Source: a virus (Duplodnaviria; Heunggongvirae; Uroviricota; Caudoviricetes). Taken from it: a stretch of DNA of 64,000 bases. Position numbers and translations under genes: made by a program. A model generated the notes under the pieces. It did not search any database, was not told where the DNA came from, and saw only the letters and a program-made list of their open reading frames with translations. The DNA is taken from positions 1-64,000 of the IMG/VR virus record IMGVR_UViG_2541047850_000005. One strand, given 5' to 3'. This document shows, in pieces, positions 19,995 through 28,870 of the stretch. How positions within the stretch are numbered: the first letter of the stretch is position 1; every line of letters starts with the position of its first letter.

Positions 19995-21680
19995 TCATTT
20001 AACGCGTTTGAAAACGTATACGCTGACTGTGATCCCTGTGTCTTCAAACTCGTTGGTAAACGACTTCCCTCTGGCATAAACGTAATTATCCATCGTCATC
20101 CAGTCCAGTATTGGCGCAGTGCCCGGCAATACTGCTACAAGACGCCCGCCGACTTTCAGATGCCCCAGCGCAGCCAGCGTGTGCTCTCTATGACGACCAA
20201 GCGAGTACGGCGGGTTCATAACGATTTTGTCGAACTGATAACCTGCGTTGTCCTCAGACCACTTTATGAAGTCGCAGCAAATCGTGTTCGTATACCCTTT
20301 TCCACGCAGGATATCAGCGAAGAGAGGTGCGATTTCTATACAGGTAACATCTTCCAGATCGGCGTTAATATAGGCCAGAAGATCCCCACGTCCGGCTTGA
20401 GGCTCCAGCAGCTTCTCACCAGGCTTCAATTCAGTGGCTCTGGCAACGTACTCAGCAATCAAGCGTGGGGTAGGGTAGAACTGGTGTGATTTTGTATCCG
20501 GTATTAAACCGGTAGCCACAATCGTATTTAGCGTATGGCCGATCTCATACTGGAACTGCCAGTGCTTTTTCTCCTGCACGCCGCCAATGAAGCTCAGTGT
20601 GCGCTCAAGCTCTTCCACCTGCGACTTCTGGAGAGCTGAATCAGAGAAGTACCATACGCCTTTGTCTTTGCTCAATCGCCCGTCACGAAGCGCAGTGCGA
20701 ACCGGCACGGAGATCGTCTTCTGGATTAACCCGAACTGCTTTGGTGCCCGTGTTTTTGGCGCAGTTCGGCATGGCGCGGGGATTGCAGCAGGCATACTGT
20801 AAGCCAGCACCTCATTCAACTTCCAGGCCACGTCAGGATGTATTTCAAAGTGAACGTTGCCGTTCTTGAACATCTTCACGCGCATCAGATTTCCATCGAC
20901 GTTCATCCAGTCACCGGTCTGGCAGTCGTTTGCCCTATACGCAGCTGATAGCACCTCAGCAGTGCGGTTGATGGTAATAAATTCTTTGTGCGCGAAGAAA
21001 TGAAGCAAGACACGCAGATCGTCGATGTAGTCCTCTTTGCGATAGTTCACGCTAACGCTGTCCCGCCAGAAATCAGAAATGCAGTCAGCGATTATCAGCC
21101 GCTCGCTGAAACCGTTTGTCTTATTTGTCTTGTGCGCAGGACTCAGCGCCTTAAACAAGCCATACACGCGCTCAGAGAGATATTTGTGCCTGTCATTCAG
21201 CAAATTAAGCATCGTGGGTATGACCGTTTCTGCTTTGAACTCCGGTACACCAACGAACTCTTTAACCTTCATCTGATAGCCGGTTCTGTCAGTTTTGATG
21301 ACTTCCTGCTTGCCCTCGATAAATTGCTCACGCCACTCGTCGCGACGGGAAGCTGGCATGATCAGCAGAACGTTAGTCATATCCGTGACCTTCCTCCAGT
21401 ACTCGGCCCAAATATTCTGTTTCACCCATTCCAGATCGACGTTATCCAGCCAGACTCGATTCAAACGTGAGCGATCTTCATCTGGTCGGTGGTTTAGTCG
21501 AAGCAGGCGATTAATCATGTTGTGGCGTTCATCGCCATAAACGAAGTCGTGTACCTGATACATGAAGGAGATCTCTTTCTCGCACTCGGCCACAATTTCG
21601 TGGATGACGTTCATTTCCTGTCGATAGTCGATAGCAGTGTTTGAGCTGGCATCGTCCATGATGGAAAGAGCTGTATTCAT
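19995..21680 (-). CDS. two-domain protein with C-terminal gamma-class N6-adenine DNA methyltransferase domain
   Basis: FYPTP (motif X-like), LEPQAGRGDL (SAM-binding GxG), NPPY catalytic motif in the last ~170 aa; ~400-aa N-terminal domain unassigned. Confidence 0.7.
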   Translation of the reverse strand: MNTALSIMDDASSNTAIDYRQEMNVIHEIVAECEKEISFMYQVHDFVYGDERHNMINRLLRLNHRPDEDRSRLNRVWLDNVDLEWVKQNIWAEYWRKVTDMTNVLLIMPASRRDEWREQFIEGKQEVIKTDRTGYQMKVKEFVGVPEFKAETVIPTMLNLLNDRHKYLSERVYGLFKALSPAHKTNKTNGFSERLIIADCISDFWRDSVSVNYRKEDYIDDLRVLLHFFAHKEFITINRTAEVLSAAYRANDCQTGDWMNVDGNLMRVKMFKNGNVHFEIHPDVAWKLNEVLAYSMPAAIPAPCRTAPKTRAPKQFGLIQKTISVPVRTALRDGRLSKDKGVWYFSDSALQKSQVEELERTLSFIGGVQEKKHWQFQYEIGHTLNTIVATGLIPDTKSHQFYPTPRLIAEYVARATELKPGEKLLEPQAGRGDLLAYINADLEDVTCIEIAPLFADILRGKGYTNTICCDFIKWSEDNAGYQFDKIVMNPPYSLGRHREHTLAALGHLKVGGRLVAVLPGTAPILDWMTMDNYVYARGKSFTNEFEDTGITVSVYVFKRVK

Positions 21681-21783
21681 AATTGCACCATTAAGAAATG
21701 ATTTGTTTAATGATGCAATTATTTCAAAAATAAAAAGGTGCTAAATAGAAATTAACAGGCAATACTTAAAATAAAGGCATTGA

Positions 21784-22458
21784 CTAATCATACTTGGATG
21801 TATTTATAACCAGGACTTTATTTGTATATAGTTTTTTTACATCCCATGTAACATTACTTGAATACCATTCACCATTATATATTTGGTTTCCCGTTGCGCC
21901 TGTCATTGTTACGTATACAGGTCTGTCGTAAGGTGTTCGTCTATAGTTATATACTCCAACCATTGCAGGCATTATCGCACACGGGTATCCCATATTTATG
22001 GTAAATTGAGGATTTGTAATAGTGATAATCTCTGCATCAAGGGGCATCATCTCACCGTGATATACCATTTTACCTGCGCTATTATACATGGCAATACCAT
22101 ATCCTGAATGTGGTAACACCATATCAGAAAAAGCATAAACTGTTATCGTTCCGGGGTTTCCTCCAACCTGATTCAGTCTGAGAACATTATACCCATCTCT
22201 AAATTCATGAACGAACATCATATTCGCCTTATTACTGCTTTTTATAAAGAAAAAACATGATTTGTTCGACGGTATTGAAGTCTTAAAAACAGAACCTTTA
22301 GACGTGGACATTGTCCCCCTATTAATCAAATTTTGCGGTGTAAATTCTGGACTCATCCACACATTACCATTTGACTGAGTAATTGACATCCCGAACATTA
22401 TTGTTATCCCCAATATGTATATATATAAGATCCAAGTCCCTTGTATAAATTTGACCAA
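21784..22458 (-). CDS. hypothetical Tyr/Asn/Thr-rich protein with N-terminal hydrophobic segment (AT-rich cargo gene; start uncertain, TTG or internal ATG)
   Basis: ORF in markedly AT-rich segment; overlaps upstream ORF in another frame. Confidence 0.4.
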   Translation of the reverse strand: MVKFIQGTWILYIYILGITIMFGMSITQSNGNVWMSPEFTPQNLINRGTMSTSKGSVFKTSIPSNKSCFFFIKSSNKANMMFVHEFRDGYNVLRLNQVGGNPGTITVYAFSDMVLPHSGYGIAMYNSAGKMVYHGEMMPLDAEIITITNPQFTINMGYPCAIMPAMVGVYNYRRTPYDRPVYVTMTGATGNQIYNGEWYSSNVTWDVKKLYTNKVLVINTSKYD

Positions 22459-22685
22459 CTTACTGTATTGCCGTTAATAGTGATAGTTGGTGTAGGTATA
22501 TTTACATGGTTATCGTTATTTAAAGGCATCAATGAGCACACAGCATGTAATGATTTGCCAGGTGGTGGATTTGGGTAAGTCTTAGAGCCTGACGTGGTTG
22601 TAAATCGATCAAGAAAAAAAATAGGAGTAAGGAAGCCGGTAACGTTAACTCCCTTATTATTGTAGATCCCTGTACCGTATGCCAT
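22404..22685 (-). CDS. hypothetical protein (93 aa), possibly the N-terminal part of a frameshifted gene with 21784..22458
   Basis: ATG start; 55-nt out-of-frame overlap with the next ORF. Confidence 0.35.
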   Translation of the reverse strand: MAYGTGIYNNKGVNVTGFLTPIFFLDRFTTTSGSKTYPNPPPGKSLHAVCSLMPLNNDNHVNIPTPTITINGNTVSWSNLYKGLGSYIYTYWG

Positions 22686-22739
22686 TTTTCATCCTTGTTT
22701 TTATCAACATAATATGGCCGATCATGCGGCCATATCAGA

Positions 22740-23309
22740 TCAATTAGAGCTTTGAAAGGCTTTGTGTGGCTGTGTTGCGAGGTTATGTCGATGGCTTAAC
22801 TCACGCATCATGTCTTCAAAGCGACTCTTTGTGTCGTCGAGTTGGTCAGCCATTGCTCCTAAAAGCTGACGAACTACCATCGGATCGTCGCTGTTTAGTG
22901 ATGGCATTTTATAACCCGCCTGAGAAGACATCAGATTGAATGCAGACATCAACATCGTTAGAGAGGATTTAAGCCCGGCAATTTCACGATCTTTGCTGGC
23001 AATAATCGTCTCACTTTTGTTACTGTCATGAGTTCCTTGAGTCTCGCTCACCATATCCAAAGTCGCCTGCAACTTATCAGCGCGCTCTTTTTCAGCAAGA
23101 TAATGAACACCGAAATGATGTGCTAAAGCTACAACCTGAGTTGGCTCTTCAAAGGTGGACTCAAAATTAAGTGCTGTAACCACTCTCTCAAAAATGGAAA
23201 CGTCTTCTATTCCTCGAAGAATGGCTAACATTTTGACCAGTTCATTAGCATCCATTTCTTCGAATAAGGCGTTTTGTTCATCAGCTATCGCTTTGCATTT
23301 CTTGCACAT
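22740..23309 (-). CDS. hypothetical protein (189 aa)
   Basis: ATG with GGAAAAACAC leader and conserved motif upstream. Confidence 0.5.
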   Translation of the reverse strand: MCKKCKAIADEQNALFEEMDANELVKMLAILRGIEDVSIFERVVTALNFESTFEEPTQVVALAHHFGVHYLAEKERADKLQATLDMVSETQGTHDSNKSETIIASKDREIAGLKSSLTMLMSAFNLMSSQAGYKMPSLNSDDPMVVRQLLGAMADQLDDTKSRFEDMMRELSHRHNLATQPHKAFQSSN

Positions 23310-23448
23310 GTGTTTTTCCTAATGCTTAAACAAGTTGTTTTCTTATTGGCTTTATTGTGATGTGGCATAAAAGGGGAGCAAGCTAAACGTAAAGGTGCAA
23401 ACTCTCTATTTCGGTCAACGAAACACAATGGCCATTTGACCCTTGTCA

Positions 23449-23607
23449 TTAACACGTTGCTTTACGGACTAGCGGATAAGCGAAGTAGATCGCCAGACCA
23501 ATGAGGACGCCATCAGAAATGACAGACATCATCTTTCCCGTAAAATCCACCAACACCGCCATCACCAGAAGAGCAATGACGGTCACAAGCCGGAATCTCT
23601 CAAGCAT
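23449..23607 (-). CDS. small hydrophobic protein (~52 aa, two predicted TM segments), not in ORF track
   Basis: ATG overlaps the TAA of the upstream TerB-like gene (TAATG); translation MLERFRLVTVIALLVMAVLVDFTGKMMSVISDGVLIGLAIYFAYPLVRKATC read by hand. Confidence 0.35.
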   Translation of the reverse strand: MLERFRLVTVIALLVMAVLVDFTGKMMSVISDGVLIGLAIYFAYPLVRKATC

Positions 23608-24032
23608 TAGAGATAAGCATCCAGTGACAACTGAAGCGCCTGGGCGATCTTTTTCAGCGCCTGCTCTTCTGGTTCATCAATGCCGTCTTGGTCGGCAATA
23701 TCAAGGCACAGACAAAGTACATCTACTGCATCATCAGTCCCGGCCACATCCGCCAGCTCACGTAAAGCCTGGGCATTAGCACGGCGCGGTGAGGCTTCGT
23801 ATTGAGCGCGGATATTGGCGCTCATCTGGGCAATCTCACCAGCAAAAGGAGAAAATGCAGGCAGAGCTGCAATTGTTTTCTCAAGAATGGAAATTTCTTT
23901 TGCATCGCATGTACCGTTGGCATAGGAGATCATGTACCCACCCCACACGGTGGCTTCAACCGCATCACGGTTCTCCATTTTTTTGACTTCGATAACTGCT
24001 TTACGAGTTTTCTTTTTGAAGAAACCTAACAT
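23607..24032 (-). CDS. TerB-like domain protein (141 aa)
   Basis: all-alpha composition with ..LCLCLDIADQDGIDEPEEQALKKIA.. resembling the TerB (tellurite-resistance B-like) motif. Confidence 0.45.
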   Translation of the reverse strand: MLGFFKKKTRKAVIEVKKMENRDAVEATVWGGYMISYANGTCDAKEISILEKTIAALPAFSPFAGEIAQMSANIRAQYEASPRRANAQALRELADVAGTDDAVDVLCLCLDIADQDGIDEPEEQALKKIAQALQLSLDAYL

Positions 24033-24125
24033 GTGTTTTCCTTTTGTTATTTGTCAAAACAAGTTGTTTTCTAGTTAAATAAATTGCTTACGCAAAGGCG
24101 GTCAATGCATATGCACTAACAACCG

Positions 24126-24314
24126 TCAGAAATAACCAAGTACCGAACCGACTGGAAAAATAAAAATCCCAACTACACGAGCCAAGGTCATGCCAGCCTG
24201 AAACTGGAGATCGCCAGAGCAAACAAGTTTTATAATGTTCGATACCCAACCGGCGGCCATGAGGGCAAGAATTGCCAGCCAAATTTTTCCAAAGTGATTT
24301 GAAAACCAGTTCAT
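24126..24314 (-). CDS. small membrane protein (62 aa)
   Basis: two hydrophobic segments; ATG overlaps stop of upstream 83-aa ORF (ATGA). Confidence 0.45.
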   Translation of the reverse strand: MNWFSNHFGKIWLAILALMAAGWVSNIIKLVCSGDLQFQAGMTLARVVGIFIFPVGSVLGYF

Positions 24315-24529
24315 ACAACCGCCTTAGTCACAGCATGATCCTGAGTAACTGGATGAACTTGAGGTATCGCATCCACCGTCATCCCATCCAGAGTGACAGG
24401 ACGCTCTGCTGGAGTGGTGGTAATTGTCGTCGACGGAGGTGTGGTGATGGATGAATCCGGCATCAAAAGGCTCTGGCCGGCTGGAACGGCTACCGTCGCC
24501 AGTGAAACTATAATGAGAACGTAGGCCAT
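24311..24529 (-). CDS. small secreted Pro/Thr-rich protein (start MAYVLIIVSLATVAVPA)
   Basis: signal-peptide-like N-terminus, AAGAGG RBS; alternative frame to 24324..24839. Confidence 0.35.
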   Translation of the reverse strand: MAYVLIIVSLATVAVPAGQSLLMPDSSITTPPSTTITTTPAERPVTLDGMTVDAIPQVHPVTQDHAVTKAVV

Positions 24530-24839
24530 TGGTTTCAGCCTCTTTCTTTGAAAATTTTCCATTCGAACTGTCCTTGTTGTTTTTCTCCTTCACTAAAGGC
24601 CGTGCATTTTTCGCTTGGTGTGAAGAACCAGAGGTAACAATCGCCCCCACGTTCGCAACAACTGACGCTTGCTTATCTAAACGTTCATTCAGCAACCGAA
24701 CGGTAGTCTCAAGTTCATCAAGACGTGACAGAACACGACCGCTAAATAATTCGGCCAAAATTTGACGTAGTGAACGAGGACGTTTAGTTGCAGAAGTGAA
24801 ATAGGTTTGACGTGCCATGTGGACTCCATCCAGTGTCAT
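24324..24839 (-). CDS. hypothetical protein (171 aa; C-terminal half low-complexity and possibly spurious)
   Basis: longest ORF in track; overlaps the 83-aa ORF in another frame, so only one of the two is likely real over 24324..24562. Confidence 0.3.
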   Translation of the reverse strand: MTLDGVHMARQTYFTSATKRPRSLRQILAELFSGRVLSRLDELETTVRLLNERLDKQASVVANVGAIVTSGSSHQAKNARPLVKEKNNKDSSNGKFSKKEAETNGLRSHYSFTGDGSRSSRPEPFDAGFIHHHTSVDDNYHHSSRASCHSGWDDGGCDTSSSSSYSGSCCD

Positions 24840-24963
24840 AAAGAGTTGCGGCTGGCGATTGCCAGCCGCCTTTCTCGTTCCATCCTGGAACTGTGTCTTA
24901 CCGACACATTGTCATCCTGACGCCGATAAGATACATGATTTATAATGATAGGTAAACACTTAC

Positions 24964-25557
24964 TTACTGCTTGTTATAAACAAAACCAATATCTTTCTTG
25001 TGAGGCATATCTGCTGCGGAAAAAGCTGCGATCTTCGCGAGTCGATCACATATTTCATTTTCACGATGCCCGGCGTGACCTTTAACCCACTTCCAGCGAA
25101 CATTATGTCGACTTGCGGCCTCATCCAGACGCTTCCACAGATCAACATTCTTTACCGGTTTTTTGTCAGAAGTCATCCATCCATTGCGTTTCCACCATTT
25201 CATCCACTGTGTCATGCCGTTTTTCAGATACTGGCTATCAGAGTGCAAAATAACGTTGCATGGATATTTCAAACGCTCCAGCCCGATAAGTGCCCCCATC
25301 ATCTCCATGCGGTTATTGGTGGTGCTATGAAAACCATCTGAGAACTCGCGTTCCTCACCACGATACTGAAGAACGATACCGTAACCGCCCGGGCCACCCG
25401 GATTTTTAAGGCAAGAGCCATCACTGAAGATTTTCACGGTTTTAAGCTGGGGATTGAACTCTACGACAGGCGTTGTGGGATTGGTACGGGGAGAATTTTT
25501 GTTTTTGGCTTTTTTGCGAGTTTTTGCTTGCGATCGGGCTGGTGTCTTCGTCGTCAT
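24964..25557 (-). CDS. rnhA: ribonuclease HI with basic N-terminal extension
   Basis: ..[18 protein letters not shown].., ..TTNNRMEMM.., ..HSDSQYL.., ..[15 protein letters not shown].. match RNase HI active-site motifs; start at internal ATG with GGAG RBS. Confidence 0.85.
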   Translation of the reverse strand: MTTKTPARSQAKTRKKAKNKNSPRTNPTTPVVEFNPQLKTVKIFSDGSCLKNPGGPGGYGIVLQYRGEEREFSDGFHSTTNNRMEMMGALIGLERLKYPCNVILHSDSQYLKNGMTQWMKWWKRNGWMTSDKKPVKNVDLWKRLDEAASRHNVRWKWVKGHAGHRENEICDRLAKIAAFSAADMPHKKDIGFVYNKQ

Positions 25558-25611
25558 ATAAACTCCTGAATCAAGCGCCGCGCCGATTTTTTTTTCCTCG
25601 CGCGTGCGCAC

Positions 25612-26141
25612 ACGCGTGCGTGTTAATAATTATTAAAATAAACAAATTACTTCCCAGAACAGGTTTTTATAAACCTGAACTGAACGAACGAAGTGAGTGA
25701 AGTTCACCTCGAACGAAGTGAGAGGTTGTCTTTTCAGGTAATACTCTCCCAGGGAGGTGAGTATAAAATTCCTCACCAACCTGGTCGTTTCATAACCTGA
25801 AAAGTTATGGTCTAAGTCTACTGCCAGCTTAGACTTGGGAAGTTATGGATGACAGCACCCCAGAACCGAGATCTTCCCACACTTTATGAAGGGGAGTACT
25901 GGATTCAACCTCTCGAAACACCCCAGACTCGACAATCATAAAGTGACCCTTGTCTCTGCTCACTTTGGTTCCCCCTTCCCCGACACCTAAACGGCACCGG
26001 TTCTACGCTGGTAGTGAGCTTTTTAAACCTGACGCCAGTGACGCTTACCCCCACCCATCAGGTCGAGCCTCCAGTCTACGACTGGAAACAATCAGATCTT
26101 AGCACTTACAATTCACTTTATGAATAGTTTGTACTTATCTA
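25612..26141. other. ~530-bp ORF-free region with multiple inverted repeats and short direct repeats (candidate structured ncRNA or cis element)
   Basis: no ORF >=60 aa; palindrome GCGCGTGCGCACACGCGTGCG; hairpins CAGGTTT-ttata-AACCTG, GGTGAG-N10-CTCACC, AAGTCT-N12-AGACTT; direct repeat GAACGAAGTGAG x2. Confidence 0.4.
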
Positions 26142-26396
26142 TCATTGTGATTGATTATTTTCTCGACCATGTAGTTGAACATTCAAGGCAAACACCTCAT
26201 TGATCAACTCACCTAAAAGCTGTTCAACAAGTTCGCGATGCTCCCCAAGATGCAAGCACTTAATTGCCCATTCGTACAAGTTGAAAGCCTGCTCTCGATC
26301 TTTCATCATTTCACGAGCCTTAGCCAGAAAATCGCTCTCTACGAGCGCAACGACATTAGTCGGGTATGACATGTTGGTTTCCTTAAAGTGGTTCAT
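26142..26396 (-). CDS. hypothetical protein (84 aa)
   Basis: ORF with ATG, AAGGAAACC RBS. Confidence 0.4.
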   Translation of the reverse strand: MNHFKETNMSYPTNVVALVESDFLAKAREMMKDREQAFNLYEWAIKCLHLGEHRELVEQLLGELINEVFALNVQLHGRENNQSQ

Positions 26397-26556
26397 AAAA
26401 TCGATTTTAAAGCGTCTGGGAAGGGGGTCTAGTGGATTCTGTAGTGATGTTCAGGTCTGGGAGTCTCTGATACAAAACAGCCTGCTTCCGTATATTAATA
26501 ATTAATATGTAGTTATTTATATACAGAAGCAGGTTAATTACACTCGCCAGAACAAA

Positions 26557-27150
26557 CTAAGCAGCCTTCTTTGATGCTCTTTTTTTTCTGACCACATTCG
26601 CAGGATCATACCCTCCCAGACTTTTCATGACGTCCAAAGGGATCTTGCTTATAGAGTGCCCAGCGTCCTGACAGAATCCTCGAAAAACAACGAGCATACT
26701 GCCACCGGGGTTGATGTTTACTTCTACCTGACCCAAATTGACGTCAGGCTCGACAAACGCTACGCGGCCACCAGACAGAATAATCGTCTCATTCGCATAC
26801 TCTGTTGCACGCTCATACCACTTTGTATCGAGGGATTGAGGAATTAGCATCACTGTTGTAACTCCGCGAGCCTGCTCACGTATAGCCGCATCAATCCAGG
26901 GGGAGATTTTGGAGTAGGGTGGATTGAGGAAGGCAATTGTACCTGGCTGCCCCCATTCAGATTTCAAAGCATCGCGCTCAACGCCTATGAAAATAGGCAG
27001 CTTTGCATTGTCCTTGTTGCAGGCAACGTCAACATCAAATGTCACTCCAAGATAACGTTGAATGGCAGAAAACAGCCAATCAGGTGTTCTCCAGAGATCA
27101 CGAAGAGAGTTGTCGCGCTTTCGCTGTTTGATTTTTTCGGCTGCAATCAT
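26557..27150 (-). CDS. phage-type DNA N6-adenine methyltransferase (Dam-like)
   Basis: ..IAFLNPPYSKISPWI.. (NPPY catalytic motif) in a ~200-aa protein, typical of small phage Dam enzymes. Confidence 0.8.
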   Translation of the reverse strand: MIAAEKIKQRKRDNSLRDLWRTPDWLFSAIQRYLGVTFDVDVACNKDNAKLPIFIGVERDALKSEWGQPGTIAFLNPPYSKISPWIDAAIREQARGVTTVMLIPQSLDTKWYERATEYANETIILSGGRVAFVEPDVNLGQVEVNINPGGSMLVVFRGFCQDAGHSISKIPLDVMKSLGGYDPANVVRKKRASKKAA

Positions 27151-27214
27151 CTTTTTTCTCGATAGGTAAGTGATTACCTATTTTTGCATTTGATTTCATG
27201 TATGGCAATCAAAT

Positions 27215-27260
27215 AAAACGCGCCAGAAATGCGAACAAGAAGCTCTCTGGCGCGTTTTTG
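27215..27260 (-). terminator. rho-independent terminator (CGCGCCAG..CTGGCGCG with T-runs on both strands)
   Basis: 8-bp GC stem, T-tract on the minus strand downstream of 27334..28143; a second hairpin CTGGGTA..TACCCAG follows. Confidence 0.5.
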
Positions 27261-27333
27261 TGGTGCTGGGTATGGGTTATGCTTACCCAGCACTATAAAG
27301 CTCTCTATGGGCTTTATTTTCAGTAGGGGAACG

Positions 27334-28143
27334 TCATCCAATAGTGTACTCCGCGACAAACTTCTTAACGATCGGTGATTCTTCGTTCAATGTTAGATTT
27401 CCACCGTCTCTAACAGCAATTCCTGTAGCTGGAAATACAGCCATCATTTGCCCAGCCTGAGTTGACGCAGTGTTAAGCGGATACGGTTTTTCTGGATTGC
27501 TCATTAAAGCAATCTTAATACTATTACTTGTAGCCTTCTTTTCTGTGAGAAGGTGTCTCATGGAAATTACCGTGTAAACACTAATATCTGGACCTCCGCT
27601 AAACCAATTAAGAAGATTTAATATCTTATCCTTCGCTTTGACAGGCGCGTTTTCGTAAGCGTCTAAGAAAATATCTTTTTCTAAGCCTGCTTTATTGAAA
27701 AACGAATCATCTTTATCACTTAAAGTAAAACGAGGACCTCTTGCAACACGAGCTTTTTTATTTGTATTGCTATCATTTGACTGTTGAACTTTTAATTCAT
27801 CATTAACCTCAACACACTCTTCAACCTCAATAAATCCCAATTGTTCTGGCTCGTTTTCGGCAGCTTCAACACTTTCAGCGTTAATTACGTTTATAGGCTC
27901 ATGCGCTAACTCCAACTCATTTAAAGCAGAGCTGAAATCACCTGCTTTTTCTTCATTGAACAGTTCTTCGGCAACATCATCAGAACTCATGGCTACGCCA
28001 GCATCGAGGCCGAGAAGCAGATCGTCAATATCATCAGTATTTTCAACCTGTGCAGCTTTTTTTACTGGTTCATCAAGTGATTGCAACATGGCTGTCAGCT
28101 CATCCAGATCATCATTTGTCATTACATTTTCAACCGAACTCAT
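27334..28143 (-). CDS. hypothetical highly acidic protein (269 aa)
   Basis: ORF with ATG; N-terminal two-thirds very D/E-rich. Confidence 0.5.
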   Translation of the reverse strand: MSSVENVMTNDDLDELTAMLQSLDEPVKKAAQVENTDDIDDLLLGLDAGVAMSSDDVAEELFNEEKAGDFSSALNELELAHEPINVINAESVEAAENEPEQLGFIEVEECVEVNDELKVQQSNDSNTNKKARVARGPRFTLSDKDDSFFNKAGLEKDIFLDAYENAPVKAKDKILNLLNWFSGGPDISVYTVISMRHLLTEKKATSNSIKIALMSNPEKPYPLNTASTQAGQMMAVFPATGIAVRDGGNLTLNEESPIVKKFVAEYTIG

Positions 28144-28263
28144 GTAAGTCTCCTTCTGTTTAGTTGCATTTGCGTTTCGATGGCTACATTTTGACTAAAC
28201 CTATCAGGCGGAAAAGTATTAAATACAGGCAGGAAATGATTGAAAGGCGACTGTTCTTTAAAA

Positions 28264-28300
28264 GAAAGCCTGCTTCAAACTCTCTTTAAAGCAGGCTTTT
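28264..28300 (-). terminator. hairpin terminator (AAGCCTGCTT..AAGCAGGCTT + T-run)
   Basis: 10-bp stem followed by T-rich tract on both strands. Confidence 0.5.
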
Positions 28301-28303
28301 GTT

Positions 28304-28861
28304 TTACACAATTTCAGAGGGTAATTTAAAAAATCCGTATTTATTACGTGCCTTAAAGAAGCATTGCATCATTAAGTTTGTGTCATATAAGGCACTATGT
28401 GCTTTGGCATGATCGTATATAAAGCCAAGAGAGAAGGCCAATTCTTCAAGGCGAGGACGTTTACCGTCTTCTGTGGCCCACAATCCCGATAACATAGTAT
28501 CTATAACGGGAACGTCTGGCAGTCTTACTCCATACCCTGAAAACTCGTGTCGAATAAATGGTATATCAAACGCTTCGCCGTTATGAGCAATCCACGCACT
28601 ACATGCCCCCATATAAGCGCCAATTTCGCTGGCATGATTTGACAACAAAGGTTCAGCTGCGAGCTGTTCTAATGAAATGCCATGAACGGCTTGAGCTTTC
28701 GGATCTATGTTTCTGCGAGGGTTAAAACGCATCTCCAGACTATCAATATGTCTCTGTGTCTCCAGTTCATAGCGGGTAATTGCGATTTCAATAATTTTAT
28801 GACCAGCAAGGAAATCCAGTCCCGTAGACTCGATATCGATGCCTGCAACAATCGTTGTCAT
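28304..28861 (-). CDS. DEDD-family 3'-5' exonuclease (DnaQ/epsilon-like)
   Basis: Exo I GIDIESTGL, Exo II HNGEAFDIPF, Exo III H..YD motifs. Confidence 0.8.
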   Translation of the reverse strand: MTTIVAGIDIESTGLDFLAGHKIIEIAITRYELETQRHIDSLEMRFNPRRNIDPKAQAVHGISLEQLAAEPLLSNHASEIGAYMGACSAWIAHNGEAFDIPFIRHEFSGYGVRLPDVPVIDTMLSGLWATEDGKRPRLEELAFSLGFIYDHAKAHSALYDTNLMMQCFFKARNKYGFFKLPSEIV

Positions 28862-28870
28862 CAGAACTCC

